Positions 16,130 through 32,923 of a stretch of 64,000 nt of DNA are shown here, one piece after another. The DNA lies in NCBI RefSeq assembly GCF_009914755.1, contig NC_060927.1. One strand, given 5' to 3'. Below the pieces are notes generated by a model. The model saw nothing but the letters and a program-made list of their open reading frames with translations. It was not told the DNA's origin and did not search any database. The stretch comes from the human T2T-CHM13v2.0 reference genome, Homo sapiens. Position 1 is the first letter of the stretch; each line of letters begins with the position of its first letter. The translations under genes and the position numbers were made by a program.

Positions 16130-17230
16130 TTAAGGCAAATTTCATCCCTATCTCACACCTTAAAACAAAATAAACACCAAAATTACCAAAGGGTTTTTTT
16201 TTTTTTTTAGAAAAATAATAAATGTGCCAGAAGAAAACATGGGTATTTCTGCAAATCTTGGAAGACAAAAGAGCTAAGCCATGGAGAAAAATAATGCCAA
16301 TTTGATTACACAGAACTGTAAAACATCTATACTACCTTAAGAAAAAAAACTCACACAAACCCAGTAAAAAAAAACCATGACAATTTGGCAAATAAACAAA
16401 TAAATAAACTTCTGCTACACATGATAAAAGCCTGATTTGTTTTTCTTTAAAACACAAATAGTACTTGGAAGTCAACAAGAAAAAACCAGTATTCAAACAG
16501 AAAACATGGAAATATAGGCTGGGTACGGTGGCTCACGCTTGTAATCCCAGCACTTTGGGAGGCTGAGGCTGAGTTCAGGTGTTTGAGACCAGCTTGGCCA
16601 ACATGATGAAACCCTGCCTCTACTGAAAATACAAAAATTAGCTGGATTTGGTGGCAGACACCTGTAATCTTAGCTACCCTGGAGGCTGAGGCAGGAGAAT
16701 TGCTTGAACCCCGGAGGTGGAGGTTGCAGTGATCGAAATCATGCCGTTGCCCACCCCAACCCCTGCAAAACAAACAAACAAAAACAAGAAAGGAAATATG
16801 GAAATACGCATTAACAGATGGTCATAAAAATGGCCAACAAAACTGTAGAAAAATGCTCAGCCTCACTCATAATTAAAGAAATGTAATAAAGATAGCAATA
16901 AGCCACAATTTTTCATCTATCAAACTAGAAAAGAAAATTCAGTCTGAGAAAACTAAGTATTGAAATAGATCACCATCCAATATGAACTACAACAATTCTT
17001 GTGAAAGTCCAAACTCATGCAATCTATTGGGCAGGCAATGGGTTATTAATTCAGAAGTGAAGACATAGAGCCCCCCCAAATAGACTCAGCAATGACACTT
17101 TAGGGATTACATCTATGAAAACAATTCTGTGTGTGTACACGCTCGTGCATGCATAAAATTTGTGAAGAGCAAGAAATTAAAAACACATCTGCATGCCATT
17201 ATCTTATAATGCCAGAAAACAAAAACATGC
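16130..17230 (+). mobile_element. Ancient L1ME-type ORF2 3' fragment
   Basis: aaatgctcagcctcactcataattaaagaaatg and gactcagcaatgacacttttagggatt resemble L1 3' ORF2/UTR. Confidence 0.55.
16517..16790 (+). mobile_element. AluS with internal deletions
   Basis: ggctgggtacggtggctcacgc start; both arms shortened. Confidence 0.9.
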
Positions 17231-17234
17231 TTTA

Positions 17235-18400
<1,166 letters not shown>

Positions 18401-19369
18401 CTGTCCATATAGACATAAAAGCCCTATTACTGTATTGTTGGTAAAAAGGGAACATGTTCCAAAATACATATGTTATTACTAATTTACATATAATATATGT
18501 GCTCATACATGCATATAAGAAATTTATATCTGTTAAGAGTGGGATTAGGGAATTTAGGGATTAGGGTAAAAAATATTTCATTTTAATTTACTCCATTCTG
18601 TATTACTTCAATTTTTTATATAGTATGCATGTAATAACATTTTAGTTTTGCTGAAATATTAAAATAACATAAAAACAGATGACAACTGATATTCAAAAGA
18701 AACTCCTAGATTATTTTTGAGCAGATGATAATTACCACCTCATTTGCTGTCAGTAACATTTATACTTTATGAGGAGGTCCTGATAATTCAAACTCAAGAG
18801 CTTTATTATTACTTATATATTCACTTCCTAGGTCATACTCCATTGAAAATGTTAGCATTTCATCAGTCAAGTTTCATCCAGATAATCAATAAACCACTTT
18901 AATAAGACATCAACATAAAACTTTAAGGAAGATAGACCAAGCGAACTTAGATAGGTAATCACTTTATTTCACTGAATAAAATTCACTTCTATCAGTAATT
19001 TTCATAATATAGTAAGATAAAGAGAGAGGAAAAGAGGGGAGAATTGCATATTGTCAACCTGATCAAGGTACCATTTCTGTAATTTGGGGTTTTCATCTAA
19101 TTGAAAAAGAACAACGACAACAAAATTATTTTTATACTAGGAGGCTGACCTTGACCTAATCATATATGAACCCACTTTTACTTTCCTAGCCTCATCTCCA
19201 CTACAATCCCCACTACCCCAACTTTATATACCAGCAATTTCAAACTACTTGTATCTCCTCTACACACACTGTGCTATTAAACATCACCAAGTCTTTAAAA
19301 TACTCTGTACTCCTTGGCATACATCAGTTCTACACTGTTTATCTAAATAGTTCCTATTAATTGGTATTA

Positions 19370-20336
<967 letters not shown>

Positions 20337-20349
20337 TTGGGTATCGTAT

Positions 20350-22440
20350 GTTGATTAAAAAAATCAAGTCATCAAGGAGCTATAACAATTATATACACAA
20401 ATGCACCAATCAACACAGCCCCCAATACATGAAACAAAGACTAACAGAATAGAAGGGAGAAATGGGCAGCTGTACAATAGTTGGAGACTTCAATATACCA
20501 CTCTCAATAATGAACAGAACATCAAGACAGATCAATAAGGAAACAGATAACTTGAACAACACTAAAAACCAACTGGACCCAACATACATATACAGAATAC
20601 AGCCACCCCCAAATAGCAGAGAACACATTATTTTGCACCTGAGCATAGGTCTATGCAGGATAGACCATATATTAGGCCACAAAACAATGTTAATAAATTT
20701 TAAAAGACTGAAATCATATGAAATATCTTTTCTGACCACAATGAAATGAAACTAAAAATTAGTAATGAAGGGAAACCAGAAAATTCACAAATGTGTGGAA
20801 ATTGAACAATTCACTGTAGACAACCAATGGTTTAAAGAAGATAACAGACAACACACTTGCTATAGTTTGGACTGTTTGTCCCCCTAAACCTCATGGTAAA
20901 ACTTGATCCTCAGTGTTGGAGATGGGGTCTAATGGAAGGTATTTGGACCACAGAGGTGGATCCCTCATGAATGGAATTGTGCCTTCCTCTTGGTAATGAA
21001 TGTGTTCTCATTCTATGAGTTCCCTCCCACTACAACTGGTTGGTAAAAAGAGCCTGACACCTCTCTGCTATCTGGCCACGTAACCACTGCATATGTTGGC
21101 TCCCCTTCACCTTCCACCACAAGTGGAGGCAGCCTGAGACTTTCACTTTCTAGCTAGCAGAATTGTGAGCCACATAAACCTCTTTCCTTTACAAATTACT
21201 TGGCCTCAGGTATTCCTTTATAGCAGCACTAAACTGACTAAGATAATACTCTTAAACAAGAAAAATTTTTACATAGTTAAGACATAATACCAAGACTTAC
21301 GGGATGCAGCAAAGACAGTGCTCAGAAGGAAATTTACAGCTGTAAATGCTTACATTAAGAAAGAAGATCTCAAATCATTAATCTAACTCTACAACCGGAG
21401 AACTACAAAGAAGAAACTGAACCCAAAGCTAACAGAAGGAAGGAAATAAGAAATATATGAATAGAGATGAATAAAACAGAGAACAGAAAAAAAACAGAAT
21501 CAACAAAACTAAAAGTTTTTTTTCTTTTCAATCAACAAAACTGACAAACCCTTAAAAGAGTTTAGATGTAGGGATAGACTGACAAATAAAAAGAAAAAGA
21601 ATTAAAATCAGAAATGAAAGTGGGGCCATTACTACTAACCTCACAGAGACAAAAAGGATGAAAACAGCATACTACAAATAATCGTATGTTAACATATTAG
21701 ACAACCTGGATGAAATGGGCAAATTCCTACAAATACACAGATTATCAAACTGACTCAAAATGAAACAGACGATCTTAACAAACATACACACAAGTAGAGA
21801 TTTAATTAGTAATAAAGAAAAAAACCTCCCAACAAAGTAAAGTCCAGGACCTGATGATTTCAGTGGTAACTTCTGCCAGTTTACTAAAGAAGAAATTAAC
21901 AATAATCTTTCTAAGACTCTTCTAAAAAAAATAGAAAAGGAAGGAGCACTTCTTACCTCATTCTACAAGGCAAGCATTACCCTATACCAAAGCCAGATAA
22001 ACACATCACAAAAAAGAAAAATTACCAACCAATATCCCTTATAAATATAAACGCAAAAATCCTCATGAAAATACTAGAATATGAAATCTAATAGCATATT
22101 AAAAGGATTATACCCCATGACCAAGATTGGGGTATAATCCTTTATCTCAGGAATACAACAGTGGTTCAACATAAGAAAATCAATGTAATATATCATGTTA
22201 ATAAAATGATGGAAAAAACCCCACACGATCATTTCAATTATCACCAAAAGGGCATCTGATAAACTCCAATTCCATTTCGTGATAAAACGGAAAATGTTTT
22301 AAAAATAACAGTGATAGCTGCATTATATCATATACGTAATTAATGCTCTTGAATTCTATACAATTATATATTGATATTCAGCAATGAATATCCCAAAAGT
22401 AAAATTAAGAAAATAATTCCTTTACAATAACACAATCTAT
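20350..22440 (+). mobile_element. L1M ORF2 fragment (endonuclease to RT), interrupted by an MST LTR
   Basis: ORF 20462-20749 carries APE motifs IVGDFNIPLS and RIDHILG; stops and frameshifts elsewhere. Confidence 0.88.
20858..21245 (+). mobile_element. MST-type (ERVL-MaLR) solo LTR
   Basis: tgctatagtttgga start, agcagcactaaactgactaagata end, 5-bp TSD acact/atact; strand given as conventional consensus orientation. Confidence 0.8.
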
Positions 22441-22559
22441 AGAAATAGTTATTGTAATACCTATAATAAATCTTAATATACTTCAAAAAACAAAAGTTAA
22501 TATCTGGGCTGAGCCTATTTTAGCTCTCAGTTTTCTACGACTATCTAGAAGGCTTTCAA

Positions 22560-23720
22560 TAAATCTACATAGCCAACTTCACATTGTCTCAGGCACTGGG
22601 CTAAGCATTAAAGAAACAAAATTAATAAAATCTCACCATGCTGCTGAGAATTACACAACCTAGTAAAAAGATCTAGTTAAAAAAAAAATAATTAAAATAC
22701 AAGAAAAATGTCATGAAAGAGGTATGTGCAAGATATTCCAAGGAGAGAGAAGCTTTTGGGGCTAAAAGGGGGGCTGGGGGGAGAGAAAATAGTGAGATAT
22801 CAGATGGAGCTACTTTTGAGCAGAGACAATACAATGAAAAAGAACTCAACAAAAATAGAGCAGGGGTGGAGGGTAGGAAAGAAGCATTCCAGAAGGTATT
22901 TGCATTAACAGGGATAATACAACATATTCTGACAATTGCACATACTTTGGGCAAGGCTAGAACATAGATAGCCTGTGAGAAAGGAGAGATGAGTCAAGTA
23001 AGGTCACGATATAGATGTTCAAAGACCTTGTATGTCATGCTAAGAAATCTGGAATTTACCTTTTAGGTAACTGAAGAAGTGATACAATCAGAAGGATTGC
23101 CTGCTGCCATGTTATATTAGGGATGGTCACAACTCCCATCTCCAACATCTCCAATGCTAATTGATCATATAAAGCTTTTGGTAAACCCAGACAATAAATT
23201 CTTAAGACAATGACCCATATTGTCTCTTCTAATTGTTTAGAATAATCTATGATTTATCCCTGTTTTAAAATACTGTTTAGGCTAGGGGTGGGGAGGAAGT
23301 AAAGGTATGTACTAGAAGAAGAGAAATCACCAAGAGTTTAGATAAGAAATAATGTGGGCCTGAACTAAGGCAGCATTATCAGTGAAATAGAAAGAACAGA
23401 TTCAAATAAGTCAACAAAAAGGTCTAGCATAACATCCAGGTTTCTTATTTTAATAATTGATATATAGCAAGGATAAGGGGAGTCGTAAATTCTAACATGC
23501 TAAATGTTGACGGCTCAGGCTTCCAGGTAGAGATTTCTGGTTGGTACTAAAATTTGAGGCTCTAGAGTTCATCAGGGAGACCTCAACTGAAGATAAACAT
23601 TAGAGAGTCACTGAAGTCACAAGGATTGAGAATATGGCCCAGGATAAGTATGAAAGTAAAGAAAAATGGAGAATAAAACCCTAGGGAACACCAAGAACTA
23701 ATGGTTAGAGGTAATGAAAG
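22560..23720 (-). mobile_element. L2 fragments
   Basis: caggcactgggctaagcatt..., gaccttgtatgtcatgctaagaaatctggaattt, gggcctgaactaaggcag. Confidence 0.6.
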
Positions 23721-23784
23721 AAAAACTAATACATGATACTATAAACATTTTACTTACATGGCCACAATTTTCACAGTAACAAAA

Positions 23785-23818
<34 letters not shown>

Positions 23819-23822
23819 GTGT
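23785..23822. repeat. (TG)n microsatellite
   Basis: Read directly. Confidence 0.95.
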
Positions 23823-24623
23823 ATACACATGGTGTATATAACACAAGTATATATATAAAAATATATATAAAACACAAGTATATATATTATACATACATAT
23901 ATTACCCTCATTTTAGCGATAAGGAGAAAAATTAAGCAATTTGCTTGAGGACACATAGCCAGTCCTCATGGCCAGACACATGAACAGCAGAGTCACCATT
24001 CATACTCAAATTGATTCTTTATACTATACTGCTTCAAAATTAAGAAGGAACTGTTCTTGGCCTTTTCTTTCTTTCTTTCATCCCTTAATATAACCATATG
24101 CACACATACCTGCTCTCGAAAAAGTTAAAACTGAATTAGAAATGAGTACATATACATACATACATACAAGTTTTAGAAACCTCTGATAAAAGTTCTTTAT
24201 TAAAAGAAAAACATATACTGAAATTAAGAGTGGTGGTATTAGGGAAGGTTAATGGAATCCAGAGCTAGACTGTGGGGGCTCAAATCTCATCAAAACATTT
24301 CTAATAAATATTTATAAATATTTACATAGCTTGCTATAATTATATCTCCTTGGCTCTTGGGTGAATGGCTTGATGGTTCTGTTTTATCTTTTGGGGGTCA
24401 GAGATTTCTTTGAAAACCTAATAAAACACCCAAGCTAGCTCCCTCGAAAAAATGCACAATCTTTATTTTAGAAGAGTCACATACTTCCTGCAAACTAGAA
24501 ATTTAAAATACTGGTTTAAATCACTCTATGGGCAGGTCACGTCACTTAACTTCTCTCCATCTCCTCTTCATAGAACCGTTGTGAAGATTAAATGAGTAAA
24601 TATAAGTAATGTGTTTAGATTAA

Positions 24624-25005
<382 letters not shown>

Positions 25006-25119
25006 GTAATACTACTATTAATATTATAATCTCCCCTTGTTTGATAATTTACTAAGATATTTTTTAATGTTCTATTTCTAGCACACTGCTTCTGGAGGAA
25101 TGTACGTCCTATGCTAAAC

Positions 25120-25600
25120 ACTATAGCATACTATACAGACTCTGGAGTCAGACTACTTGGAGCTGACGCCCAACATTGCCATTTAGTAGTTGTATGGTAA
25201 CTTACTTAACGGCTGTTGTATCAGTTTCTTCTATAAAATAGTGCTTCTATAAAACTCATTCTTTAATTGGTTGCTATGAGGTTTAAGTGAGTTATAAAAT
25301 ATGTAAACAGCTCAGGACAATGTTTGACATATAAAAAGCGCAATATATATTTGCTATTAATAAACACAATAATAGGTAAAATAGTAAATTAATGTTTATT
25401 AAGTGTTAATTTATATGCCAGGTACTATAATGAGCACGTGATAACCTTATTACATTTGTTCCTTACAAAACCCCTACTGTGCAGATGGCGGGGAGGAGGC
25501 TTATAAAAGTAAATATCTTGCCCAGAGTCATACTACTATCAAGTGGCAGAAATGGAATGCAAACTCAAATATTTCTAGCTACAAAGCCAGTGCTCTTTAC
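25120..25600. mobile_element. Two oppositely oriented MIR fragments
   Basis: gactctggagtcagact...tgagg.ttaagtgagtt (plus) then tatgccaggtact...cttgcccagagtcatac (minus). Confidence 0.6.
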
Positions 25601-25966
25601 TTTTCAGAATGAATCCTTGGCATATATGTCACCCCTACCCTTTCCTCTCCAGAGCTAGTGGTAGACCAGCAAAATTAAGCACAGCATTCTGCTCCCTGAT
25701 CCCAGATGCAGTGGTACAATCCTCCCCTTCTGGATACAGGCCCCCATTACTATCAATAGAACAAAGGTGGCATGAGAAATAAAATCAACTGTCATCTTTG
25801 TTATTTGAACAGTCTCTCACAAAGTAGAAGGCAGAGGTTTTTCGCTTTATTATTAAAGTAATCTATGAACCACAAGGAAAAAAACTTTTAAATGAAAAGT
25901 TACTTAGAGAAGTTTTTCTTACAGAAAACTATTAATTGATTGAAATAAAATTTAAGGATCTTGTGA

Positions 25967-26291
<325 letters not shown>

Positions 26292-27269
26292 TGATCTTCA
26301 GAGTCCTAGAGTTCTTTGGGGTAAGCTATAACTCAGAAAAGGCAAAATCATCTGATCCCACACCTTAGCTTCAACTAGGGCAACTCTGCTTTTCATATGT
26401 TCTATCAGAGGTCTTCAGAAAATTTCATTGGGGATGTAGAAAGTTTCTACTGCCAAATATTAAAAAAAGAGAAAGACTATTCTGTAAGATACTTGCAACT
26501 CACAAAACTATAAGCCCAGGGTTTCAAAACACTCAAATATCTCATTTTTCTCTAATGGGAAGGTAAGAGAGGAGGTACTACTTACTCTAAACTAAATCAT
26601 AGTTAGTTACTACTGGGTAACATAGAGTATACGAATTGACTACATGATGCTCTAGTTACTACAGCAAACATTAATAATTCCAACCAGAAAACTAAGGCTA
26701 ATTAGTACACATCTCTAATCTCTGTCCTAACTTAATTCCTCTTTCTTCTAGTTACATTGGCTACCCCTTTCCCCTGTTACAGGATAAAAGCTGATTATCC
26801 ACTATCCCTAAAGAAAGTCTTTAAAATGCAAAAGGCAGAATACAATAAAAAGAAGGTTACCAAAATAGACATATCATTCAGTCAAACTGTGGTCAATGAA
26901 ATGTAAAACATGCCTGTTATTACAGAAATCCTACTTTAATTCTCCCAGAGCTGCAAAAGTACTTACAGACAGAAATTATGACAAGGCCACAGGGTAGCTT
27001 AGCTACAATTCTAAAATTAAAAATAACAATGTGGGAATAGATAAAATATTATATAGTATAACAATGGAATATTAGATAACCAAAATGCCTATACATATTA
27101 TGAGGCAAGAGAAAAAAATCTTTATGAGATCATAAATAATTATGCATATACCTATATAAACATGTACGTATGGAATAAGATACACAGAACTGAAGTCAAA
27201 GGTCAGGACAGTAGTAGTGAATAATTTAGTTGTTTTCCTTAACATTTTCCAAAAAGGGAGTAATAGAGG

Positions 27270-27745
27270 CCCAGAGAGAAGAGACACTAAGAGAGACAAC
27301 GAAGAAGATTTAAGACAGATGAGAACCCATATACAGATTTAGAAGCAATCAGAAAGAGAGTGGGATGGGTAAAATCCCATTGAAAGACAGGTATAGAAAC
27401 CCAGAGAAAGAGGTTGATGGAGACCCATAAAAAGGAAATAAGAGAGGGAGAGAGACAGAGAGAAAAAGGGTGTGGGGGAGAAGAGAGAGACAAGAAAGAA
27501 AGAGACAGAGAAAAGAGAAAGAGTTATATGGAGGGAAAAGAAATCCAAAAAGGGGGTGACACAGACCAAGAGAGGGGGGACAAAAGCCCAGAGACAGAAA
27601 GATAGAGACTTGGAGCCTACAGTGAAAGGTTGAGGAATCCAGAAAGGTGAAGACTAAAGACAAAGGCGAAAAAAGGGCTAGAGAAAGAGACTGATAGAAA
27701 AAAAAGAGGGAAAGAAAGTCAGAGATGTTATAGAGAATGAGAGAA
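27270..27745 (+). repeat. GA-rich polypurine low-complexity tract
   Basis: Read directly; source of four overlapping spurious ORFs in the track. Confidence 0.85.
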
Positions 27746-27942
27746 TTTTTTTAAATTCCCAAATGCATTTTAAGTCATCTATTCTAGAACCTAACCAAGC
27801 CTTTAATCTCTCTAATCCTGAAACAATGAGTTATTCTTTCTCATCTTCACAATGTCCTCAACTAATCTCCCTAATTGCCTCCTCAAACTTCCTGTAGGCT
27901 CATGTTCTTATCACTGATCTCCCTCCCATAACATTCTCTCAA

Positions 27943-28160
27943 AAACCTCAAAAAGAAAATTTCTAATAACCTCAATCTCTTCATGGAGGGTTTCTTTTTA
28001 CTGTCTTACCCTAGAGAAAACCTGGATCTCACCTAAACGTCAAAAGAAACCTCAAAAAGAAAACTGAAACCTCAAGAAGAAAATTTCTAATGACCTCAAT
28101 TTCTTCATGCAGGGTTCTTTTTACCGTTTTGCTCTAGAGAAAACCTGAATCTCACCTAAA
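27943..28160 (+). repeat. ~95-bp direct duplication
   Basis: 27943-28037 and 28067-28160 align end to end (aaacctcaa...gaaaatttctaat.acctcaat...ctagagaaaacctg.atctcacctaaa). Confidence 0.9.
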
Positions 28161-30932
28161 GGCACTGGTTTCCTTGCAGTTCTTTCAAATGAAGACTGGT
28201 CACCTCCTGACAAATTCTAGAAAAAGAAGGCAATAAATATTGCCAAACCGCTGATTTTTCACTGTCCTGGCCTCAAACAGCACTCCATGTCTCCTCCCCA
28301 CCAAGCTCCACATGGCTACACGCCCTCTTTATCCTACTTTGTCAATGTCACTTCTCCACCTAGAGCCACCACCACCATCTACGAAGTCACACATCTATCC
28401 ATCTACTGGGAATCTCTACTTGCATGTGTCATAAGCATCTCAAATGATTAATTTATTATTTCCTCCTCCAAAACTCTTCTCATATATAATATACATAAGC
28501 AATACATAATGCTTCTGCTAGAAAAATGCCTACCAAATATAGGACTGCCACATTCCAAGATAAATCATCTTCAAGGATTTGCAAGAATTTCACAGACATT
28601 TAGGTTCCTTTCTAAACAGCAGTGGATACTCTCAGTAACCTATTCCAAGAAAGTCAGAACTGAAAATAACTAACCTGAGCACTCAACCCTAGAAAAGAAT
28701 CCATCTTCTCCTATGGGAAGAAATAGTTTACTACTTGATCTCCTGAAGGATATCTTAGTCCTGCCAGAACAATTCAGAAGTGGAGATCATGAATGGGGCA
28801 AAAAGAAATTCTCTCTTTGGTGGCTGGGAGATTACGGGAAGTCTTGAACCTATGTATTTCTGCACATCTTAGAAAAATTTCCTTTATTGACAAAGAAGGA
28901 CCATTATTTTCAGCAATATATCACAACTTTTCTTCTCTTCTTCCTTTTTGTTTTTAATGAAGCTATCCCAAAATTAGGAGGTATCTTTTTTTAAAAAAAT
29001 TTTTGGAAAATTTACAAAGCTCAAGAGAAAGTTCTGACATAAAGAAAATATTAGGTCTATTACTTTTTATAATAGAGGTTAATCTCTGTTAATGACTTCT
29101 AATTGCTCTTTATCTGTAAGAACCTTTAAGATAAGTAAGAAACTGAGAACAGCAGCAGAGAGGAAATTATCCTCTGGGGCATACAGATAAGAGGCAGTCA
29201 GTTGTCACCCCCAATGCAGGATTAAGTCAGGGCAAGAGCTGACTATGACAGGAGCTTTCCACCAAACCAAAACCAGACAAGTAAGCCATCAGATGCCTTG
29301 CATTCAAACGGTTTGATAGTCTTTCTTTTCTGCTCTTCAACTTCTTAAGAGTTAAATGAGTTAATATTTATAAAGCATTAAAACAGTGCCTAGCATATAA
29401 GGAATGCTATATACATTAAAGTAAGTAATCAAAGAGAAAATGTTTAAGAACTCTGGGAGGAGGCCTTTTTTCAAATGAATCTATTGTAATCCAGCAGTTT
29501 ATGGAACAAATAATTCTTACCCAGGAGTATCATGATGTATCTAGTAACAACAACAACAACAACAAAATGAAGATGCAAAATTTCATTACAAAGAGTGTAC
29601 TTGTGAACCTAACAGAGGCTGTACAATTTTACTTAGGAAGAGACAGGAAAAAGCAAACACATGCCAAAACAGATCAGAATAAAGATAATAACAGGCCATT
29701 TGGTAGGTTTTAAAAAGCTCTAATACTTATGAGGGTTCACAATCCCTAGTAAACCAGAGGTATCATTTAAACTGAAAAAAAAAAAAAGCAACTGAAAAGC
29801 AAGTGTCAATAAAGGGCCAATTTGCTAACTATAGTTGTTAAAACGTATTGTGTAATACATGTGTATATACACAACAATTATATGACTGTAGGTATTTATA
29901 TCAAAATTCGGGCTTAATACATTGACATCTTCCTATATAATAGGCACTGTAATGTAAAAAGACTTTCTATGGAAATAATCTAAATAAAGTTTAATAGAAA
30001 ATGTTGTCAGGCAATATTTGCTGTAAAAAAAAAGCTTAATAGAAAATGGCTAAAAACTGTTATACTAAAAAACAGTTACATAAAGTAACAAGAACACTGA
30101 GCTAGGAATCAAGTATTATGGATCTAAGAACATTAGATATTATATGCATGAAATCTGAAGTCCAAAATACCAACTGAAGTTATCCAAAGTCATATTTATT
30201 TAGCCAAAAGAATCAAGTGATTTGTTACCTGCCCTGCGTATGCACTCCAAACCAGTGAAAAGAAAGAAAGGATAGCGACAGGCAGAAAAATAAAGACACC
30301 AAGGAAAAACAGAAGAAATTTATTTTCTTTGCTCCAACTTCATTGATTATTGTGTCTTCTGAAGAGAAAGAGGTTGGAAGGAGTTATTAACAGCACAAAG
30401 TCTTCTTTATCCTTTGGTTTCGCAGAATTCAATGTGGTCAGACATAGGGATCACTTAAAGTAAGCTCTGCAATATTACATCTTTTCCAACTTTTTCACTG
30501 GCCAAGGATGGCTCAACTTGCTTCCAAATGTTTAACTCTCATTCTGTTCCTATCAGTCCTCTTGCTACCTCTTTACCTCTTATCAACTTCACTTAACAAA
30601 ATGACTTAATTTTCCTCCCTGCAATAAATAGGTAAACTATCAGAGGGCTGCGTAAGCACATAAGGAACATAGATGTCTTTAAAAAAAAAAAAAGTATATA
30701 GATTTTCTTGAGAAGTGAAGACATACTTTAACAAAGAAGAAAATTCTTAAAAGTGCATTCCCTTTATCTTACTAATGCTTTCCTGATATAACTAATGATA
30801 TCAATGACCATACCTTGGGCTGAGTATTGCTGGGGCAAGTGTTTCGGAATTTTTCCATTCCATTAGCAAAACTGTCTATGAGCGGTGGGGAGATTAATTT
30901 CTAGAAAAATAACAAATTTATCACAATATTCA

Positions 30933-31121
<189 letters not shown>

Positions 31122-31542
31122 TTAAGCACTAAAATTAGCAAGCTATAGATATGCTACTAAAAAGTGTGATCTGTAGACTGGTTCTGATCTGCAAAATATT
31201 TGTTACTAGTCCATGAACTATCTGTTACTGCTCTCCAATAAGACAAATACAGAAATTGAGAGTGTTTAGAGCTTTTATAACAATGAGAGAATAAATTGAT
31301 ATCTAAGAATATGGTAATAAGAATTAGGATCCATATTTTATATTTTTAAAAATTTCATCTTTCTAGCAATTCATTTGTATATTTCACAAAAACAACAGTC
31401 TCCCATGAATTCAAAACTGTAAGAACTGTTACTTTACCACAAATAGCTTGACCTTATTGTTTTCTAAGATGCAGTGAAAAAAAAAACTGAGCATCAACTC
31501 CATGAAAAGAGCTCAGTTGCTAAGTTTTAGAAAAAGTGAATG

Positions 31543-31594
31543 CAGAGCGAAACTCCATCTCAAAAAAAAAAAAAAAGAAAGAAAAGAAAAGAAA
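31543..31594 (+). mobile_element. Alu 3'-terminal remnant (~19 nt plus A-rich tail)
   Basis: cagagcgaaactccatctc followed by A15 and GAAA/GAAAA repeats. Confidence 0.8.
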
Positions 31595-32291
31595 TTATAC
31601 AGTCCTGATAGATTTGTAGACCACACAAAACTATTTTCCCTTTGGGAAGTTTCAAAGTTATGTTCATTCTTCAAAAAAAGAAATCACTAAATAATATGAT
31701 GATTTCTTAATACCACAGACTTCGCAGCAGTAAATCTGACTAGACTGTACATTAACAAAGAGGTTATTATAGTCCAACAATATACTTGACTGACAGAAAT
31801 CCACTTAATGAAGGACAAATTACATAACACACAGAAGCAATACCAAAATGCCAGCTTTCTAGCCAAAAAAATAAAGCTTTAGTTAAAGTAATGATTTAGA
31901 AGAGCTAGAAAACATAAAGTATACACCTGAGAATCTGGAAAGGAAATGGTGTTACGGTCAGAAAAGAGGCCAAGAAGGATGGGGATGAGGATGCGTTGGG
32001 ACCAAAGAACCAGATAAAGATAGCTATCCTAGAATAGGAAGGGTAGGATGGCTTCTAGTTCTTAGAAGATGAGAGCAGAAGTGAATGTTCCTTTAAACTG
32101 ACCTTTCGGAGTTGGGCTTATGTGTACAATGGTATTTAAAATCCTTTTATAAGATATCAATCTTTCATTCCATTACTTGTTAGTAAAAGTAACGGAAACA
32201 GAAAGTCCGAAAGTAAACAGAAAATAAGTCAGAAAGTACAGTACAATTACTTTAACAAATAACTAACAAAAGACTCTTAAGTGTTGACTAG

Positions 32292-32727
<436 letters not shown>

Positions 32728-32923
32728 TGAGGGAGAACTGCTAGTAAATCAATACTCATTCCTCTCATAACATACAGCTATTAAGACTGATTTTTTTAAC
32801 ATAGCCAACTATGTTAAAATAAGTTATTTATTTTTCCAGACTCACTAACCAAGGTAACAGAGTATTAAATTCCCAGATAACAGAAGTTGATAAGATTGTG
32901 CATAATACTTTTGATCAAAAAGA

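Noticed and set aside
20462-20749. Endonuclease-like ORF
   Set aside because: Fragment of a dead L1 ORF2; flanking frames are broken
27287-27663. Overlapping hydrophobic or charged ORFs
   Set aside because: Artefact of GA-rich low complexity
27943-28160. Repeat-spacer-repeat pattern superficially like CRISPR (also 42449-42510, 55902-55979, 58075-58157)
   Set aside because: Only two or three units, no unique spacer series, no cas genes, eukaryotic intron
31160-31440. Possible hAT-Charlie relic upstream of exon 3
   Set aside because: Only vague similarity recalled; family and ends could not be fixed
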